From Roseovarius sp. (GTDB lineage Bacteria; Pseudomonadota; Alphaproteobacteria; Rhodobacterales; Rhodobacteraceae), in assembly GCA_021775255.1 (NCBI GenBank), contig JAJFIA010000009.1, positions 68,772 to 132,771 of the forward strand: a stretch of DNA of 64,000 bases. The letters are read 5' to 3'. The notes below the pieces were generated by a model. It did not search any database and was not told the DNA's origin. It saw only the letters and a list, made by a program, of their open reading frames with translations. The translations under genes and the position numbers were made by a program. This document shows positions 43,346-54,948 of this stretch, one piece after another (position 1 is the stretch's first letter; every line of letters starts with the position of its first letter).

Positions 43346-43360
43346 ATTTGCCCGTTGGGA

Positions 43361-46300
43361 TCAATCCAGCTCAGCCAGCCGCGCCAGCGCCGCGCGGAAT
43401 TTGCCCGCCTCTTCTTCACGCAAAGCAAGGTTTTCACGCGCCTCGGTAACCACCTCTTCCGGCGCCGAAGCCACGAATTTGGGGTTATTCACCCGGCCCT
43501 TGAGGCCCCCCATTTCCTTTTCAACCTTGCCTAAAGATTTCTCAAGCCGCGCTTTTTCTTCCTCAATATCAATGATATCCGCCAAGGGCATGCCAAAAAG
43601 CCCGCCCTCAACTGCCACGGTAACGCAGCCTTTGGGAAACGCCTTTGCATGGGTCAGGCTATCAATCCGCGCAATGCGCTTGATCATCACCTCATTGCGT
43701 GCCCAGGCCTGCGTACCCGCTTCATCCAGCTCGGTCACGATCACCGGGATTTTTAGCCCCGCCGGCACATGCATCTGCGCGCGGGCCGAGCGGATCGCCT
43801 CAATCAGGCCTATGACCCAGTTCATCTCACGGTCGGCGGCATCCTCGACCAGATCAGCGGCGGTATATTCCGGCCAGTCGGCATGAATGAGCATCTTGTC
43901 GCGGCTGCAACCCGTGCCCCAGATCTCTTCGGTGATGAACGGCATTATGGGATGCATCAGGATCAGGCATTGATCAATCACCCATCCCATTGTCGCCTGG
44001 GTCTCGGCCTTGGTGGCAGCGTCGCCATCCAGCAAAAGCGGCTTGGAAAACTCCACATACCAGTCGCAGACCTTACCCCAGACAAAGGCATAAAGCGCGT
44101 GGGCGGCATCAGAGAAACGGTATTGCGCAAGCGCGGCATCCACCTCTTCGCGCACCTTGGCGGTTTCGCCAATGATCCATTGGTTTACGGTGGCTTTGGG
44201 CGCGGGCCTTATGCCGCCGCCAACCGCGCCATTCATCTCGGCAAATCTAGCGGCATTCCACAGCTTGGTGCCAAAATTGCGGTAGCCGGTGATGCGTTGC
44301 GTTGAAAGCTTGAGATCCCGGCCCATGGCGGTGAGGGTAAAGCGCAGGGCATCCGCGCCGAACTCATCAATCAGCTCCAGCGGGTCCAGCACATTACCCA
44401 CGGATTTGGACATCTTCTTGCCCTTCTCATCACGCACCAGCGCGTGGACATAGACATCCGAAAAGGGTTTTTCGCCAACAACGGCATATTGCATCATCAT
44501 CATCCGGGCGACCCAGAAAAAGATGATGTCAAAGCCAGTGATCAAGACCGATGTGGGGAAGTATTTCTTCAGTTCCGGCGTTTCCTCAGGCCAGCCCAGC
44601 GTGCCGATGGGCCAGAGACCGGAGGAGAACCATGTGTCGAGCACGTCGGGGTCGCGTTCGAGAAATACGAAGACAGAGTCGTTGTAGTCGCCGCCGACTT
44701 GGCCAGTTCTTGCGAGCTTGCGGCCACTTGAATCGGTTCGTTCACCACCAAAGGTGGCTTCTCGTACGACAATAGAAGTATTGGGATAACGCTTAGCGTA
44801 CTTCTCCCGCGCCTTTTCAAAAGCCTCTTCTTGGGTCGCCGCGCAGAACATCTCGTCGGGTAGAGGACCATATTCAACAAGTGGTTCCGCTTCATCCGCT
44901 CGAATCCCATCGACATTCGGCCCATACCAAACCGGGATCTGATGCCCCCACCAGAGCTGGCGGGAGATGCACCATGGCTCGATATTCTCCAGCCAGTGGA
45001 AATAGACCTTGCGGTCAGCCTCGGGCATGATGTTGACCTCGCCTTCGCGCACCGCGTCAATCGCGGGTTGCACGATCTTGGCGGTATCGACAAACCACTG
45101 ATCGGTCAGCCTCGGCTCGATCACCACCTTTGAGCGGTCGCCAAACGGCTGCATGATGGGTTTGGATTCCACATAGGGGATAAGGAGAGGCCCCGGCTCG
45201 GGGGCCGGGGCGGGTTCGCCCTCCCCGTCCCGGACTTGATCCGGGACCTCCACCATAACCGCCAGCCCTTCGGTTGTGATCTGTGCAACCACCTTTTCAC
45301 GCGCCTCAAACCGGTCCAGCCCGCGCAGATCGTCGGGGACAAGGTTGAGCGTATCAACCTCCGCGCCGGTGAGATCCGCCCCGTTTGCAATCTCCTGTGC
45401 GCGTCTGGCGCAGGTGGCGTAATCGTCACCGTCATCGCGCATCCGGGCTTTGGTATCCATCAGCCGGTACATCGGGATATTGCCGCGCTTGGCAACCTCA
45501 TAGTCGTTGAAATCATGCGCGCCGGTGATTTTCACCGCCCCCGAGCCGAAATTGGGATCGGGATAGTCATCGGTAATGATCGGGATCATCCGGCGGAATT
45601 CTTTCGGCCCCACCGGAATTTCACAGAGCTTGCCCACGATGGGCGCATAGCGCGCGTCTGATGGATGCACCGCCACCGCGCCATCGCCGAGCATGGTTTC
45701 AGGCCTTGTGGTGGCGATCGAGATGTAATCGCGGGTCTCAGTCAGCGTCACATTGCCGTCTTCATCGCGCTCGATATATTCGTAAGATTCGCCATCCGCG
45801 AGCGGATATTTGAAATGCCACATATGGCCAGGCGTCTCGATATTTTCGACCTCAAGATCGGAAATGGCGGTTTCAAAATGCGGATCCCAGTTGACCAGGC
45901 GTTTGCCGCGATAAATCTGGCCTTTGTTGTACATATCGACAAACACCTTGAGCACGGCGTCATGGAAATTGCCCTCTTCGCCCGCAGGCGCGCCGGGGGC
46001 ACCGGACATGGTAAAGGCCGTGCGTGACCAATCGCAGGACGCGCCAAGGCGTTTGAGCTGATTGAGGATCGTGCCGCCGGATTCCTGCTTCCACGCCCAG
46101 ACCTTCGCCAGAAATTCCTCGCGGGTGAAGTCGGTGCGCTGCCTGCCCTCTTGGGCCAACTGCCGCTCGACCACCATCTGCGTGGCGATGCCTGCGTGAT
46201 CCATGCCCGGCTGCCACAGCACATCGAACCCGCGCATCCGGTGCCAGCGGATCAGGATATCCTGCAACGTGTTGTTGAAGGCGTGGCCCACATGCAAGGA

Positions 46301-46450
46301 GCCCGTCACATTCGGCGGCGGGATCATGATCGAGAAGGTTTCCGCGCCCGGTTTGGCATTGGCCCCGGCGGCAAAGCATCCGGCCTTTTCCCACGCTGCA
46401 TAAAGCCGGGTTTCGGCAAGGCCTGCATCAAATTTTGTTTCCATCGCCAT
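43361..46450 (-). CDS. valS: Valine-tRNA ligase with several insertions
   Basis: [13 protein letters not shown] (HIGH), [42 protein letters not shown]. Confidence 0.98.
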   Translation of the reverse strand: MAMETKFDAGLAETRLYAAWEKAGCFAAGANAKPGAETFSIMIPPPNVTGSLHVGHAFNNTLQDILIRWHRMRGFDVLWQPGMDHAGIATQMVVERQLAQEGRQRTDFTREEFLAKVWAWKQESGGTILNQLKRLGASCDWSRTAFTMSGAPGAPAGEEGNFHDAVLKVFVDMYNKGQIYRGKRLVNWDPHFETAISDLEVENIETPGHMWHFKYPLADGESYEYIERDEDGNVTLTETRDYISIATTRPETMLGDGAVAVHPSDARYAPIVGKLCEIPVGPKEFRRMIPIITDDYPDPNFGSGAVKITGAHDFNDYEVAKRGNIPMYRLMDTKARMRDDGDDYATCARRAQEIANGADLTGAEVDTLNLVPDDLRGLDRFEAREKVVAQITTEGLAVMVEVPDQVRDGEGEPAPAPEPGPLLIPYVESKPIMQPFGDRSKVVIEPRLTDQWFVDTAKIVQPAIDAVREGEVNIMPEADRKVYFHWLENIEPWCISRQLWWGHQIPVWYGPNVDGIRADEAEPLVEYGPLPDEMFCAATQEEAFEKAREKYAKRYPNTSIVVREATFGGERTDSSGRKLARTGQVGGDYNDSVFVFLERDPDVLDTWFSSGLWPIGTLGWPEETPELKKYFPTSVLITGFDIIFFWVARMMMMQYAVVGEKPFSDVYVHALVRDEKGKKMSKSVGNVLDPLELIDEFGADALRFTLTAMGRDLKLSTQRITGYRNFGTKLWNAARFAEMNGAVGGGIRPAPKATVNQWIIGETAKVREEVDAALAQYRFSDAAHALYAFVWGKVCDWYVEFSKPLLLDGDAATKAETQATMGWVIDQCLILMHPIMPFITEEIWGTGCSRDKMLIHADWPEYTAADLVEDAADREMNWVIGLIEAIRSARAQMHVPAGLKIPVIVTELDEAGTQAWARNEVMIKRIARIDSLTHAKAFPKGCVTVAVEGGLFGMPLADIIDIEEEKARLEKSLGKVEKEMGGLKGRVNNPKFVASAPEEVVTEARENLALREEEAGKFRAALARLAELD
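45185..45250. repeat. In-frame REP doublet inside valS (22 codons)
   Basis: Hairpins GCCCCGGC-TCGGGG-GCCGGGGC and GTCCCGGA-CTTGA-TCCGGGAC, in opposite orientations. Confidence 0.8.
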
Positions 46451-46604
46451 AACGTCATACCTTGAGAATTTCACGGGTTGCCGAACCTCTAGCGAAAGCC
46501 GGGACCAAGGGAAAGATGGGCATGGCATTTTATTGTTTCAGGCATTGGGTGACAGGCGGCAATTTCTGGCGCAAACTGAATATGGGTCAGATGGAGGCAG
46601 GGCG

Positions 46605-47582
46605 ATGGACGGTGTAACCCAATGGCGGATCAATGAGGCCGGGCAAGGCGAGGCGATCACTCTTGACGCCAAAGGAGTGTGCGGGCTGGACCCGGTACAG
46701 CCGGGCCTTGTCTGGCTGCATGTGAATTGCGCCAAGGACGGGGCACAGGCCTGGATTGAAAACATCGGGGTGGAGCCCCTGGTGCTGCGCGCGTTGCTGG
46801 CCCCGGAGACGCGGCCAAGATGCACATTGCACGGTGAGGGTGTGTTGATGAACCTGCGCGGTGTGAACCTCAACACCGGGGACGAGGTTGAGGACATGGT
46901 TTCGCTCAGGATGTGGATCACCGAGCGGCTGGTGATCACCGTACAAATGCGGCGCTCGATGGCCGTTTCGGATGTTCAGAATTCGGTTGCGCGCGGGGAA
47001 GGCCCGAATAGTGCGGCAGAACTGGTAGCACGGCTGGCGCTGCGACTGGCCGACCGGGCCGAGCCTGTGGTGGCGGGCTTGAATGAAAAAGTGGATATAC
47101 TGGAAGATCAGGTGCTTGAAGGTATCTCACCCCTGACGCGGCGCGATCTGGGAGAGATTCGGCGTATGTCGATCATGTTGCGGCGGCACATGGCCCCCCA
47201 ACGCGATGCATTGAGCACCTTCGAGATTGAGGATTTGCCCTGGATCAAAGCACATGACAGATCGCGTTTGCGCGAGGCAACCGAGCGGGTGACCCGGCTG
47301 GCCGAAGAACTGGATGCGATCCGCGACCGGGCCCAGGTGGTGCATGACCAGATCATGGACACACGCGCCGAGGCAATGAACCGGCAGATGCTTGTCCTTT
47401 CCGTGGTTGCAGCGATATTTCTGCCGCTGGGGCTGATTACCGGGTTGTTGGGGATCAATGTGGGCGGCATTCCCGGGGCTGCCTATGTTGGCGCTTTTTG
47501 GATTGTATTTTTTGGGCTGATTGTGATTGGCTTGGCATTGCTTTGGCTGTTCTGGAAATTGGGCTGGCTGCGAAGACAGTAA
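46605..47582 (+). CDS. zntB: CorA-family zinc transporter
   Basis: ETRPRC, NLRGVNLN, MVSLRMW, FLPLGLITGLLGINVGGIPG (GIN motif). Confidence 0.9.
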   Translation: MDGVTQWRINEAGQGEAITLDAKGVCGLDPVQPGLVWLHVNCAKDGAQAWIENIGVEPLVLRALLAPETRPRCTLHGEGVLMNLRGVNLNTGDEVEDMVSLRMWITERLVITVQMRRSMAVSDVQNSVARGEGPNSAAELVARLALRLADRAEPVVAGLNEKVDILEDQVLEGISPLTRRDLGEIRRMSIMLRRHMAPQRDALSTFEIEDLPWIKAHDRSRLREATERVTRLAEELDAIRDRAQVVHDQIMDTRAEAMNRQMLVLSVVAAIFLPLGLITGLLGINVGGIPGAAYVGAFWIVFFGLIVIGLALLWLFWKLGWLRRQ

Positions 47583-47712
47583 CGGCAGGAATATATGTGC
47601 TTTCCGGGCGCAGCCTTCCTGATTCTGCATGCTAGGTTCACCTGAATACATCAGCTTTCATTCATGGCAGAACGGTGTTGTCATATTGGGATAATTGCAG
47701 CAGGTTTAAATT

Positions 47713-48456
47713 ATGGTTTTGATCATTCCTACATATCCGGTGTCGTTTTTCAGGCTGTTTTGGAAGATGGGCGGCTGGGTTGTGATGATATTCGGTGTGC
47801 TGCTTTTGGTGTTTACCCTGATCAGTCATTTCAATCTGAAAACCGCCAAACGGTTTGAAAATGAAGGCCTGAGCGCAATCGCCCTCGTTACCGATAAGAA
47901 AAAAACCGTTAATCGCAATGCCGATGGCAAGAGAACGACCACTTACTATCTGACACTTGATTTCACCAGCCAAACTGGCAGGGACATATCTGTGCGCCGC
48001 TCAGTGGGCAGCCGCAAATATGACAGTGTTCAGGTAGGCAATGAGATGGCTCTGTATTATCTGGCCAGCGACCCTGAGACCACCGAGGTGACACAAGGCA
48101 GTCACCGCAAAGGCAGCCGCATAACCCAAATCATCGCTCTGATTGCCGGGCTGGGATGTCTGGCAGCTATCTGGATTATTGGTGGCTCGACCGTCTCGGC
48201 AGTGCGCGCCCGGCGCTTTGGCCCGCGTGAAGAAGCTTATGTACAGGAGATCAAGCGCACCGGTGTAAAGATCAACAATAAGCCGCGTTACCGGCTTGTC
48301 TGGCGCGATAGCAAGGGCCATGAGGGCCAAGGCCTGTTGCACAAGGCCTCGGATCTAGAAAATCTGCAGCCAAATGATGTCATCCATATCTATCAGGGCG
48401 CAAAACGCAGTTGGTGGGTGGGTGATGTGGGTGAACGGGCCGAATTCACTCAATAG
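47713..48456 (+). CDS. Membrane protein with DUF3592-like domains
   Basis: TM helix then beta-rich YYLTLDFT...LYYLASDP, second TM, similar second half. Confidence 0.6.
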   Translation: MVLIIPTYPVSFFRLFWKMGGWVVMIFGVLLLVFTLISHFNLKTAKRFENEGLSAIALVTDKKKTVNRNADGKRTTTYYLTLDFTSQTGRDISVRRSVGSRKYDSVQVGNEMALYYLASDPETTEVTQGSHRKGSRITQIIALIAGLGCLAAIWIIGGSTVSAVRARRFGPREEAYVQEIKRTGVKINNKPRYRLVWRDSKGHEGQGLLHKASDLENLQPNDVIHIYQGAKRSWWVGDVGERAEFTQ

Positions 48457-48483
48457 GGTGCCGTTTTTTATCGGTTGGAGAAA

Positions 48484-48543
48484 TGAGTATTTAGAGAAAA
48501 ATGAAAGAGTGTACCTGCCCTTTCATTTTTCTCTAAATACTCA
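48484..48543. repeat. 24-bp perfect inverted repeat with 12-nt spacer
   Basis: TGAGTATTTAGAGAAAAATGAAAG ... CTTTCATTTTTCTCTAAATACTCA between convergent genes. Confidence 0.9.
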
Positions 48544-48554
48544 AAATAACAGCA

Positions 48555-49163
48555 TCAGCCCCGGGGTGTGCCGGTCAGAGATTCGCGCGCGCCGGTGCGG
48601 ATAACTGCCGGGTCGTAAGGTTTGCGGTCAAATACCTCACGCACCATGGGGGCGAAAAATTCCAGTGGCAGACCATCATAATCCGGATCAAAACTGGCCT
48701 GATCCCAGCGCTCACAGAATTCGGCGCAATCATCGAAATATATGTGGCCGCGGTGACGCTCGCGCTTGTTTTTGTCAAAACCTGCAAGGTGTTGGCCATA
48801 ATACAGCATTTGAAAATCACCATGGGTCTGCACGCACCAGCTACATTGTTCGCGCACGAATGGCCTGAGGATGGTGGCGGCGTATTCATCATGGTTGTAG
48901 GGCGCGTAGATATCGCCAATATCGTGCAACAGCGCCGACACCACCCAATCTGTATCTGCACCATCGCACCAGGCGCGGGTGGCTGACTGCACAGAATGGC
49001 CCAGCCTTGTGATTTGATAACCACTAAGACTTTGATCCAGCTCGACAAGCGCCTTCAAAAGCCTGTCGGCGGTGTGTCTGGTATGATCAGTCTCATGCGC
49101 CATGAGAAACTCATAGTCTTCCTTGGTGCCATCTTTCATTTGTGTAAAGCTTACTTTCTCCAA
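48555..49163 (-). CDS. HD-domain protein (TTG start)
   Basis: LGHSVQSAT, LLHDIGD, YNHDEY, QTHGDFQ, WDQASFDP. Confidence 0.85.
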   Translation of the reverse strand: MEKVSFTQMKDGTKEDYEFLMAHETDHTRHTADRLLKALVELDQSLSGYQITRLGHSVQSATRAWCDGADTDWVVSALLHDIGDIYAPYNHDEYAATILRPFVREQCSWCVQTHGDFQMLYYGQHLAGFDKNKRERHRGHIYFDDCAEFCERWDQASFDPDYDGLPLEFFAPMVREVFDRKPYDPAVIRTGARESLTGTPRG

Positions 49164-49532
49164 GGCCCAATCCCCTGTCGTTGTCAGTATGGGTATGAAA
49201 CACCCATGTTACCCCTTTGCGCAATAGTCATGGCTCGATTCGGTTGTTTTTTCATCGGATGCTGATGTCGGGGACATAATGTCATCTGTTGTCAGACACT
49301 CGGGTAATCAAGGGAATTACCTGATGCTGCCCTGATCCATGCCATATGTTTACTGTCCACATGAGGATAGGCCTTGGCCTGTGAAAATATTATAGGCGTT
49401 GGTCAACCGGCACAGAGTTCCATGATATTTCTCTCAATCAGACTGCATCAGGGCCCACTTACGTCGCTGATTGCAATTTCCTGCACCGGGCCTTATTTCC
49501 TAGGCAACATTCTTTAGAACGGACCATGCCTG

Positions 49533-50501
49533 ATGAACTGGATCACCAATTATGTGCGCCCGCGGATCAATTCGATCTTTTCGCGCCGTGAAGTCCCTGA
49601 AAATCTATGGTCGAAATGCGAAGAATGCGGCACCATGCTGTTTCACCGCGAATTGAGCGATAACCTGAATGTCTGCACCAGTTGCGAACATCATATGGCG
49701 ATCTCGCCACGTGACCGTTTTCTGGCCCTGTTCGATGGCGGCCAATTCACCGAAGTGAAAGTGCCCAAACCAGCCGCTGATCCGCTGCATTTTCGCGACC
49801 AGAAAAAATATCCCGACCGGATGAAGGCGGCGCAGAAAAATACCGGCGAATCTGAGGCGATGCTGGTGGCTTCGGGTGAAATTGGCCGCACGCCGATTGT
49901 CGCTGCGGCTCAGGATTTCAGCTTCATGGGCGGCTCCATGGGAATGTATGTGGGCAATGCCATCATTGCCGCGGCTGAGGAAGCGGTAAAGCTCAAACGC
50001 CCGCTGATCCTGTTTTCCGCCGCCGGTGGCGCGCGCATGCAGGAGGGCATCCTCAGCCTGATGCAGATGCCCCGCACCACTTTGGCGGTTCAGATGCTGA
50101 AAGAGGCGGGCCTGCCTTATATCGTGGTGCTGACCCATCCCACCACCGGCGGCGTTACTGCCAGCTATGCCATGCTGGGGGATGTGCATATCGCCGAGCC
50201 GAACGCCTTGATCTGCTTTGCCGGCCCCCGGGTGATCGAGCAGACCATCCGCGAAAAACTGCCCGAGGGCTTTCAGCGGTCTGAATACCTTCTGGATCAC
50301 GGTATGCTCGACCGGGTGACCCCGCGGCCAAAGATGCGTGATGAGCTGATCACCATTACCCGCATGCTTTTAGGCCTTGCCCCCGCCGTGAAAGGCGATC
50401 TGCCTGCCCCCGAGGCCGAAGCGCCTCCTATCGCGAAACCGCCGGTCACGGCGGATGAGCCGCCCGCAAAGAAATCCAGCGCAAAAACTGCCAAAAAATG
50501 A
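49533..50501 (+). CDS. accD: Acetyl-CoA carboxylase carboxyltransferase beta subunit
   Basis: [40 protein letters not shown]. Confidence 0.97.
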   Translation: MNWITNYVRPRINSIFSRREVPENLWSKCEECGTMLFHRELSDNLNVCTSCEHHMAISPRDRFLALFDGGQFTEVKVPKPAADPLHFRDQKKYPDRMKAAQKNTGESEAMLVASGEIGRTPIVAAAQDFSFMGGSMGMYVGNAIIAAAEEAVKLKRPLILFSAAGGARMQEGILSLMQMPRTTLAVQMLKEAGLPYIVVLTHPTTGGVTASYAMLGDVHIAEPNALICFAGPRVIEQTIREKLPEGFQRSEYLLDHGMLDRVTPRPKMRDELITITRMLLGLAPAVKGDLPAPEAEAPPIAKPPVTADEPPAKKSSAKTAKK

Positions 50502-51772
50502 CGGCCAACACATCCGACATCCTCCTTGCCCGGATGATGGCGCTGCATCCCAAAATCATCGATCTCGTGCTGACCCGCGTTTGGCGTCTGCTCGGGGCGC
50601 TGGATAATCCGCAAGGCAAACTGCCGCCGGTGATCCATCTTGCCGGCACCAATGGCAAGGGGTCGACCCAGGCCATGCTGCGCGCCGGGCTTGAGGCGGC
50701 AGGCAAATCCGTACATGCCTACACCTCGCCGCATCTGGCCCGGTTTCACGAGCGTATCCGCCTTGCGGGTATGCTGATATCCGAGGCTGATCTCAGTGCC
50801 CTTCTGGATGAATGCGAAACTGCCAATAAAGGCGAACCCATCACCTATTTTGAGATCACCACCTGCGCCGCCCTTCTGGCCATGTCCCGCAGCCCGGCCG
50901 ATTTCACTTTATTGGAGGTGGGCCTTGGCGGGCGGCTTGATGCCACCAATGTCATCGCCAAACCGGCGCTCACAATCCTCACGCCCATATCTATCGACCA
51001 CCAGCAATATCTTGGCGATACCCTTGCCGAGATTGCCGGGGAAAAAGCCGGTATTCTCAAGCCCCGCGTGCCTTGCGTGGTTGGTCCTCAGCCCGAGGAA
51101 GCGATGGAAGTTATTGAAGACAGGGCCGATCATTTGCAGGTGCCTTTGATAGCCCATGGTCAGCACTGGCACGCCCATGAAGAACACGGCCGCCTGATCT
51201 ATACCGACGAGACCGGCCTCATGGATCTGCCCCTGCCAAACCTGCCCGGCGCGCATCAGATCGAAAATGCCGGTGCCGCCCTTGCCGCCCTGCGTTATCT
51301 GCAAATGCCGGAAAAATCCTATGAAGCAGCGGTGACAAATGCCGACTGGCCCGCGCGTATGCAGCGCCTGAAAACCGGGCCATTGGTGCAGGCCGCCCCC
51401 AAGGCCGAAATCTGGCTTGATGGTGGCCATAACCCTGCCGCCGGTCAGGCCCTTGGCCATCACCTGGCGCGGCTCCCCGCCCGCCCGACGCACCTGATCT
51501 GCGGCATGCTCAACACCAAGGATATTTCCGGCTATCTAAGCCCGCTCGTGGCGCAGGCCGCAAGCCTTACCGCGTTGTCAATTCCAGGTGAGGCCAACGC
51601 CTTACCACCAGAAAAAATCGCTGACATGGCGCAAAAACTTGGCCTTCAGGCCGGCACCGCTCAGGATGCGCTCTCTGCGATCCGGCAAATCGCAGGCCAT
51701 TCCCCCCACGCCCGCATCCTGATTTGCGGCTCACTTTACCTTGCCGGCAGCATATTGCGAGAAAACGGCTGA
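50498..51772 (+). CDS. folC: Folylpolyglutamate synthase/dihydrofolate synthase
   Basis: [34 protein letters not shown]. Confidence 0.96.
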   Translation: MTANTSDILLARMMALHPKIIDLVLTRVWRLLGALDNPQGKLPPVIHLAGTNGKGSTQAMLRAGLEAAGKSVHAYTSPHLARFHERIRLAGMLISEADLSALLDECETANKGEPITYFEITTCAALLAMSRSPADFTLLEVGLGGRLDATNVIAKPALTILTPISIDHQQYLGDTLAEIAGEKAGILKPRVPCVVGPQPEEAMEVIEDRADHLQVPLIAHGQHWHAHEEHGRLIYTDETGLMDLPLPNLPGAHQIENAGAALAALRYLQMPEKSYEAAVTNADWPARMQRLKTGPLVQAAPKAEIWLDGGHNPAAGQALGHHLARLPARPTHLICGMLNTKDISGYLSPLVAQAASLTALSIPGEANALPPEKIADMAQKLGLQAGTAQDALSAIRQIAGHSPHARILICGSLYLAGSILRENG

Positions 51773-51950
51773 AACCCGTTAAAAAAATTGCACCAGCAAG
51801 CCCTTGAAACGACTCGCAATTCCCATAACCCCAAGCAGATCCACAGAATTCAGCAACAGTTCTTATTGACCGATTCGTTTGATTTCGCCTATATCTTGTT
51901 CAACCGGCACCGCATCCGCAGCGCCGCATTGGATTAAAGTCATTGGCAGG

Positions 51951-51987
51951 AAAAAATGAGGGGCCGAAACAACGGCCCCCTTTTTCA
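51951..51987. terminator. Bidirectional terminator between folC and F0 operon
   Basis: A-run, GGGGGCCG-AAACAA-CGGCCCCC, T-run. Confidence 0.8.
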
Positions 51988-51993
51988 TCTTAT

Positions 51994-52015
51994 GTAGGGC
52001 GGGCTTCAGCCCGCC
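51994..52015 (+). repeat. GTAG-type REP
   Basis: GTAGGGCGGGCTTCAGCCCGCC. Confidence 0.85.
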
Positions 52016-52033
52016 ACCGCCTTGTGAAACCGC

Positions 52034-52594
52034 TTAATGCAGCTTGGCATCCACCTCGGCAATCGCCGCATCAATCAGCTTGTTACCAGCGGCCGCTGTC
52101 ATCTGCTTGGCAATCACATCATTGGCAGCCGCGATTGCGATGGCAATCGCCTGATCGCGCACCTCCTTGACCGCGTTGGCCTCGGCCGAGGCAATCTGAT
52201 CCTCAGCCGCCTGCAACCGACGCTTGATCGAGGCTTTCAGATCTTCTTTCGCCTCTTCTGCCGCTGCCTGTGCTTCGGATTTGGCCTGGGTCACAATCCG
52301 GTCGGCCTGCTCGCGCACTTCCTTTTGCTTGCGCTCATAGCTGGCAAGCAAAGTCTGCGCTTCTTCACGCAGGGCACGGGCCTCATCCAGCTCCGACTGA
52401 ATGCCTTCCGCGCGCTTGTCCAGCAATCCGCCTAACATCGAGGGCACCTTGAGATACAAAAGCACGCCAACAAAAAGCAGGAACGCAATCAACACCACGA
52501 AATTGGTGTTGCCAAGCGAGATGAACGGGCCAGACGCCGCCAGTGCCGGGCTGGCCAATGTCAGGGCCATAACAGAGATTATCAGTCGCATCAT
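52034..52594 (-). CDS. atpF: F0 ATP synthase subunit b
   Basis: [28 protein letters not shown]. Confidence 0.95.
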   Translation of the reverse strand: MMRLIISVMALTLASPALAASGPFISLGNTNFVVLIAFLLFVGVLLYLKVPSMLGGLLDKRAEGIQSELDEARALREEAQTLLASYERKQKEVREQADRIVTQAKSEAQAAAEEAKEDLKASIKRRLQAAEDQIASAEANAVKEVRDQAIAIAIAAANDVIAKQMTAAAGNKLIDAAIAEVDAKLH

Positions 52595-52599
52595 GTCCC

Positions 52600-53181
52600 T
52601 CATCCCTTCATCCGTGCTGAGACCGCAGCCGTCACGGTTTTGGCATCCGCCTTGCCGCCCATCGCCGCCACAACCTCTTTGGTGGTGTCCTTGGCTACCT
52701 GCTTGATGCTTTCCAGCGCGCCTGCACGAATGCCGGCGATAACCTTTTCGCCTTCCGCGCTTCTTGCGGCTATCTCGGCATCAGCCTTGGCAATCGCTTT
52801 GTTCAGGTCGCTCTGAATATCCGCCTTGGCTGCGGCCACGATGTTTTGCGCCTCGGCGCGGGCATCGGCCAGCGCCTTGTTATAGGCCTCCTCGGCCTCA
52901 ACCGCTTTGGCTTTCAGATCTTCCGCCGCCGCCAGATCATTGGTGATCGCCCCGCTGCGCTCGGCCAGAATGCCGGCAATCCGTGGCAATGCGATGCGTG
53001 ACAGCACGACAAAAATCACCACCAGCGTGACCAGCAACCAGAAAACCTGATTGCTCATCCAGTCGGTGCAAAGCTGCGGCATGCCAACGGCACCACCGTG
53101 AGAGTCGACGCATTTGCCAACTTCCTCAAGCTCAATAGGGCTTACGTGGCCTGTTGCGGCAGTAGTCGTATCGGTCGCCAT
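52600..53181 (-). CDS. F0 ATP synthase subunit b'
   Basis: [25 protein letters not shown]. Confidence 0.93.
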   Translation of the reverse strand: MATDTTTAATGHVSPIELEEVGKCVDSHGGAVGMPQLCTDWMSNQVFWLLVTLVVIFVVLSRIALPRIAGILAERSGAITNDLAAAEDLKAKAVEAEEAYNKALADARAEAQNIVAAAKADIQSDLNKAIAKADAEIAARSAEGEKVIAGIRAGALESIKQVAKDTTKEVVAAMGGKADAKTVTAAVSARMKG

Positions 53182-53273
53182 GTCGTCGTCCTTCCTTCAG
53201 GGGGTTTTCCGTTTGCACCGGGTGAAAGACACGAAATCTTTCACCCCATGATCAGGATCGAAAACCCGAAAGG

Positions 53274-53510
53274 TTAAACGGCGAACATCAGCAGAAGCGC
53301 CACGAGGAACGAAAAGATCCCCAGCGCTTCCGAGAACGCGATACCAATAAACATCGTGGCAGTCTGACCGCCAGCCGCTGACGGGTTGCGCAATGCCCCC
53401 GACAGGAAGTTCCCCACAACGTGGCCCACACCAACCGCTGCTCCGCCCATGCCCGTACAGGCCAGACCAGCACCGATATATGCTCCCATTTGTACGATAT
53501 CGCCTTCCAT
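53274..53510 (-). CDS. atpE: F0 ATP synthase subunit c
   Basis: [29 protein letters not shown]. Confidence 0.97.
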   Translation of the reverse strand: MEGDIVQMGAYIGAGLACTGMGGAAVGVGHVVGNFLSGALRNPSAAGGQTATMFIGIAFSEALGIFSFLVALLLMFAV

Positions 53511-53545
53511 ATGATTTCTCCTTCAGATTGGAATTTGGCTAAAAT

Positions 53546-53566
53546 GTAGGGTGGGTGAAACCCACC
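53546..53566 (+). repeat. GTAG-type REP inside the F0 operon (atpB-atpE gap)
   Basis: GTAGGGTGGGTGAAACCCACC. Confidence 0.85.
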
Positions 53567-53589
53567 ATTCGTTTCTCTTCGTTAAGCTC

Positions 53590-54378
53590 CTAGTGGTGCG
53601 GATGCAGCGCATCCTTCAGATACACACAGGTCAGGATCGTGAATACATAGGCCTGAATAAAGGCCACCAGAACTTCGAGCGCATAGATCGCCGTAATCGC
53701 CAGAATGCTCAGCGGCGTTACCATCAGGCCAATCCCGGTTGAGATCATCACCATCGGCGCAAAAGCCGCGAAAACCTTGATCACAGCGTGGCCCGCCATC
53801 ATGTTGCCCGCAAGCCGGATGGAATGGCTTACCGGGCGCACGAAATACGAGATCACTTCGATCAGCGCCAATATGGGCCTGAGCGGCAAGGGTGCAGCCG
53901 AGATCCAGAACACGCCGAGAAAACCAAAACCGTTTTTGACAAAGCCCAGTATGGTCACGCTGAGGAAAACCATCATCGCCATCACCGCGGTTACAGCAAT
54001 ATGCGATGTTGGGGTAAAGGCCATCGGCAACAGGCCAAGGAAGTTTGAAAACACGATGAAGATAAACAGCGTCATGATGTATGGGAAATACGGCAGCGCC
54101 TCCTTGCTGGCCACATCCTCAACCATCTTGCGGATAAAGCCATAGCAAAGCTCGGCAACCGATTGGATGCGGCTTGGAATGATCGACCGGCGTGCCGTGC
54201 CCAAAACCAACAGGCCAATCACGCATAAAACACTCAGCGCCATCCAGAGCGTTGTGTTGGTGATGGTAAACATGCCCACGGGACCATCGCCAAACAACGG
54301 CTTGATGATAAACTGATCCATCGGGTGAAATACCAGTTCCATCCCTGCCTCTTCCACACCTTGCGTTTCAGTCGCCAT
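53590..54378 (-). CDS. atpB: F0 ATP synthase subunit a
   Basis: [36 protein letters not shown]. Confidence 0.97.
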   Translation of the reverse strand: MATETQGVEEAGMELVFHPMDQFIIKPLFGDGPVGMFTITNTTLWMALSVLCVIGLLVLGTARRSIIPSRIQSVAELCYGFIRKMVEDVASKEALPYFPYIMTLFIFIVFSNFLGLLPMAFTPTSHIAVTAVMAMMVFLSVTILGFVKNGFGFLGVFWISAAPLPLRPILALIEVISYFVRPVSHSIRLAGNMMAGHAVIKVFAAFAPMVMISTGIGLMVTPLSILAITAIYALEVLVAFIQAYVFTILTCVYLKDALHPHH

Positions 54379-54721
54379 TTTCCGCCCTCTTATCTTCGGC
54401 CCCGGTCTTGTTCGCGGCGGCCATCTGTTCTTTCTGGATCTCCTGCGCGCTGCGCATCATGGTTTTGATGCCCGCGGCCAGACCCAGCAATGTAAACAGC
54501 ATCAGAAAAATCGGGAGCGTCCCCAAAAGGCTGTCCAGCCCCATTCCAATGCCAAAGCCGATCAACAGACCGACAACCAATTCCAACACCATCCGCCAGG
54601 CCAGATGCGCCTGAGAATAATGTTCGTCCTGATGCCGCTTTTGCGGCGCTTCGCGGGCTTTCAGCGCGTTGATCTTTGCCTCAAGCTGCGCCAGGCGCTC
54701 GCTTTGTTCAGGCTCGGTCAC
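54368..54721 (-). CDS. atpI: ATP synthase protein I (AtpZ/AtpI)
   Basis: [23 protein letters not shown]; first gene of F0 operon. Confidence 0.9.
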   Translation of the reverse strand: MTEPEQSERLAQLEAKINALKAREAPQKRHQDEHYSQAHLAWRMVLELVVGLLIGFGIGMGLDSLLGTLPIFLMLFTLLGLAAGIKTMMRSAQEIQKEQMAAANKTGAEDKRAENGD

Positions 54722-54948
54722 GCGGTTTTGCCCCCTTCAGAACGGTTGGCCATTGCTAAGCGGGGACGGGCTTTGAGTCAAGCGCATCATTGCCCGCGTA
54801 ACCTTCCATTCAAACACTTGTTAATAATGTATTTTTCAGGATTTCATCGTAAGGTAAAACCGCCGATACAAGCCCGGCCCGGATCAATCCGTGCTGGATT
54901 GGATATTCAACCATTTGGTTGAGCTTGAAGCCTTTCGCCTTAATGCCA

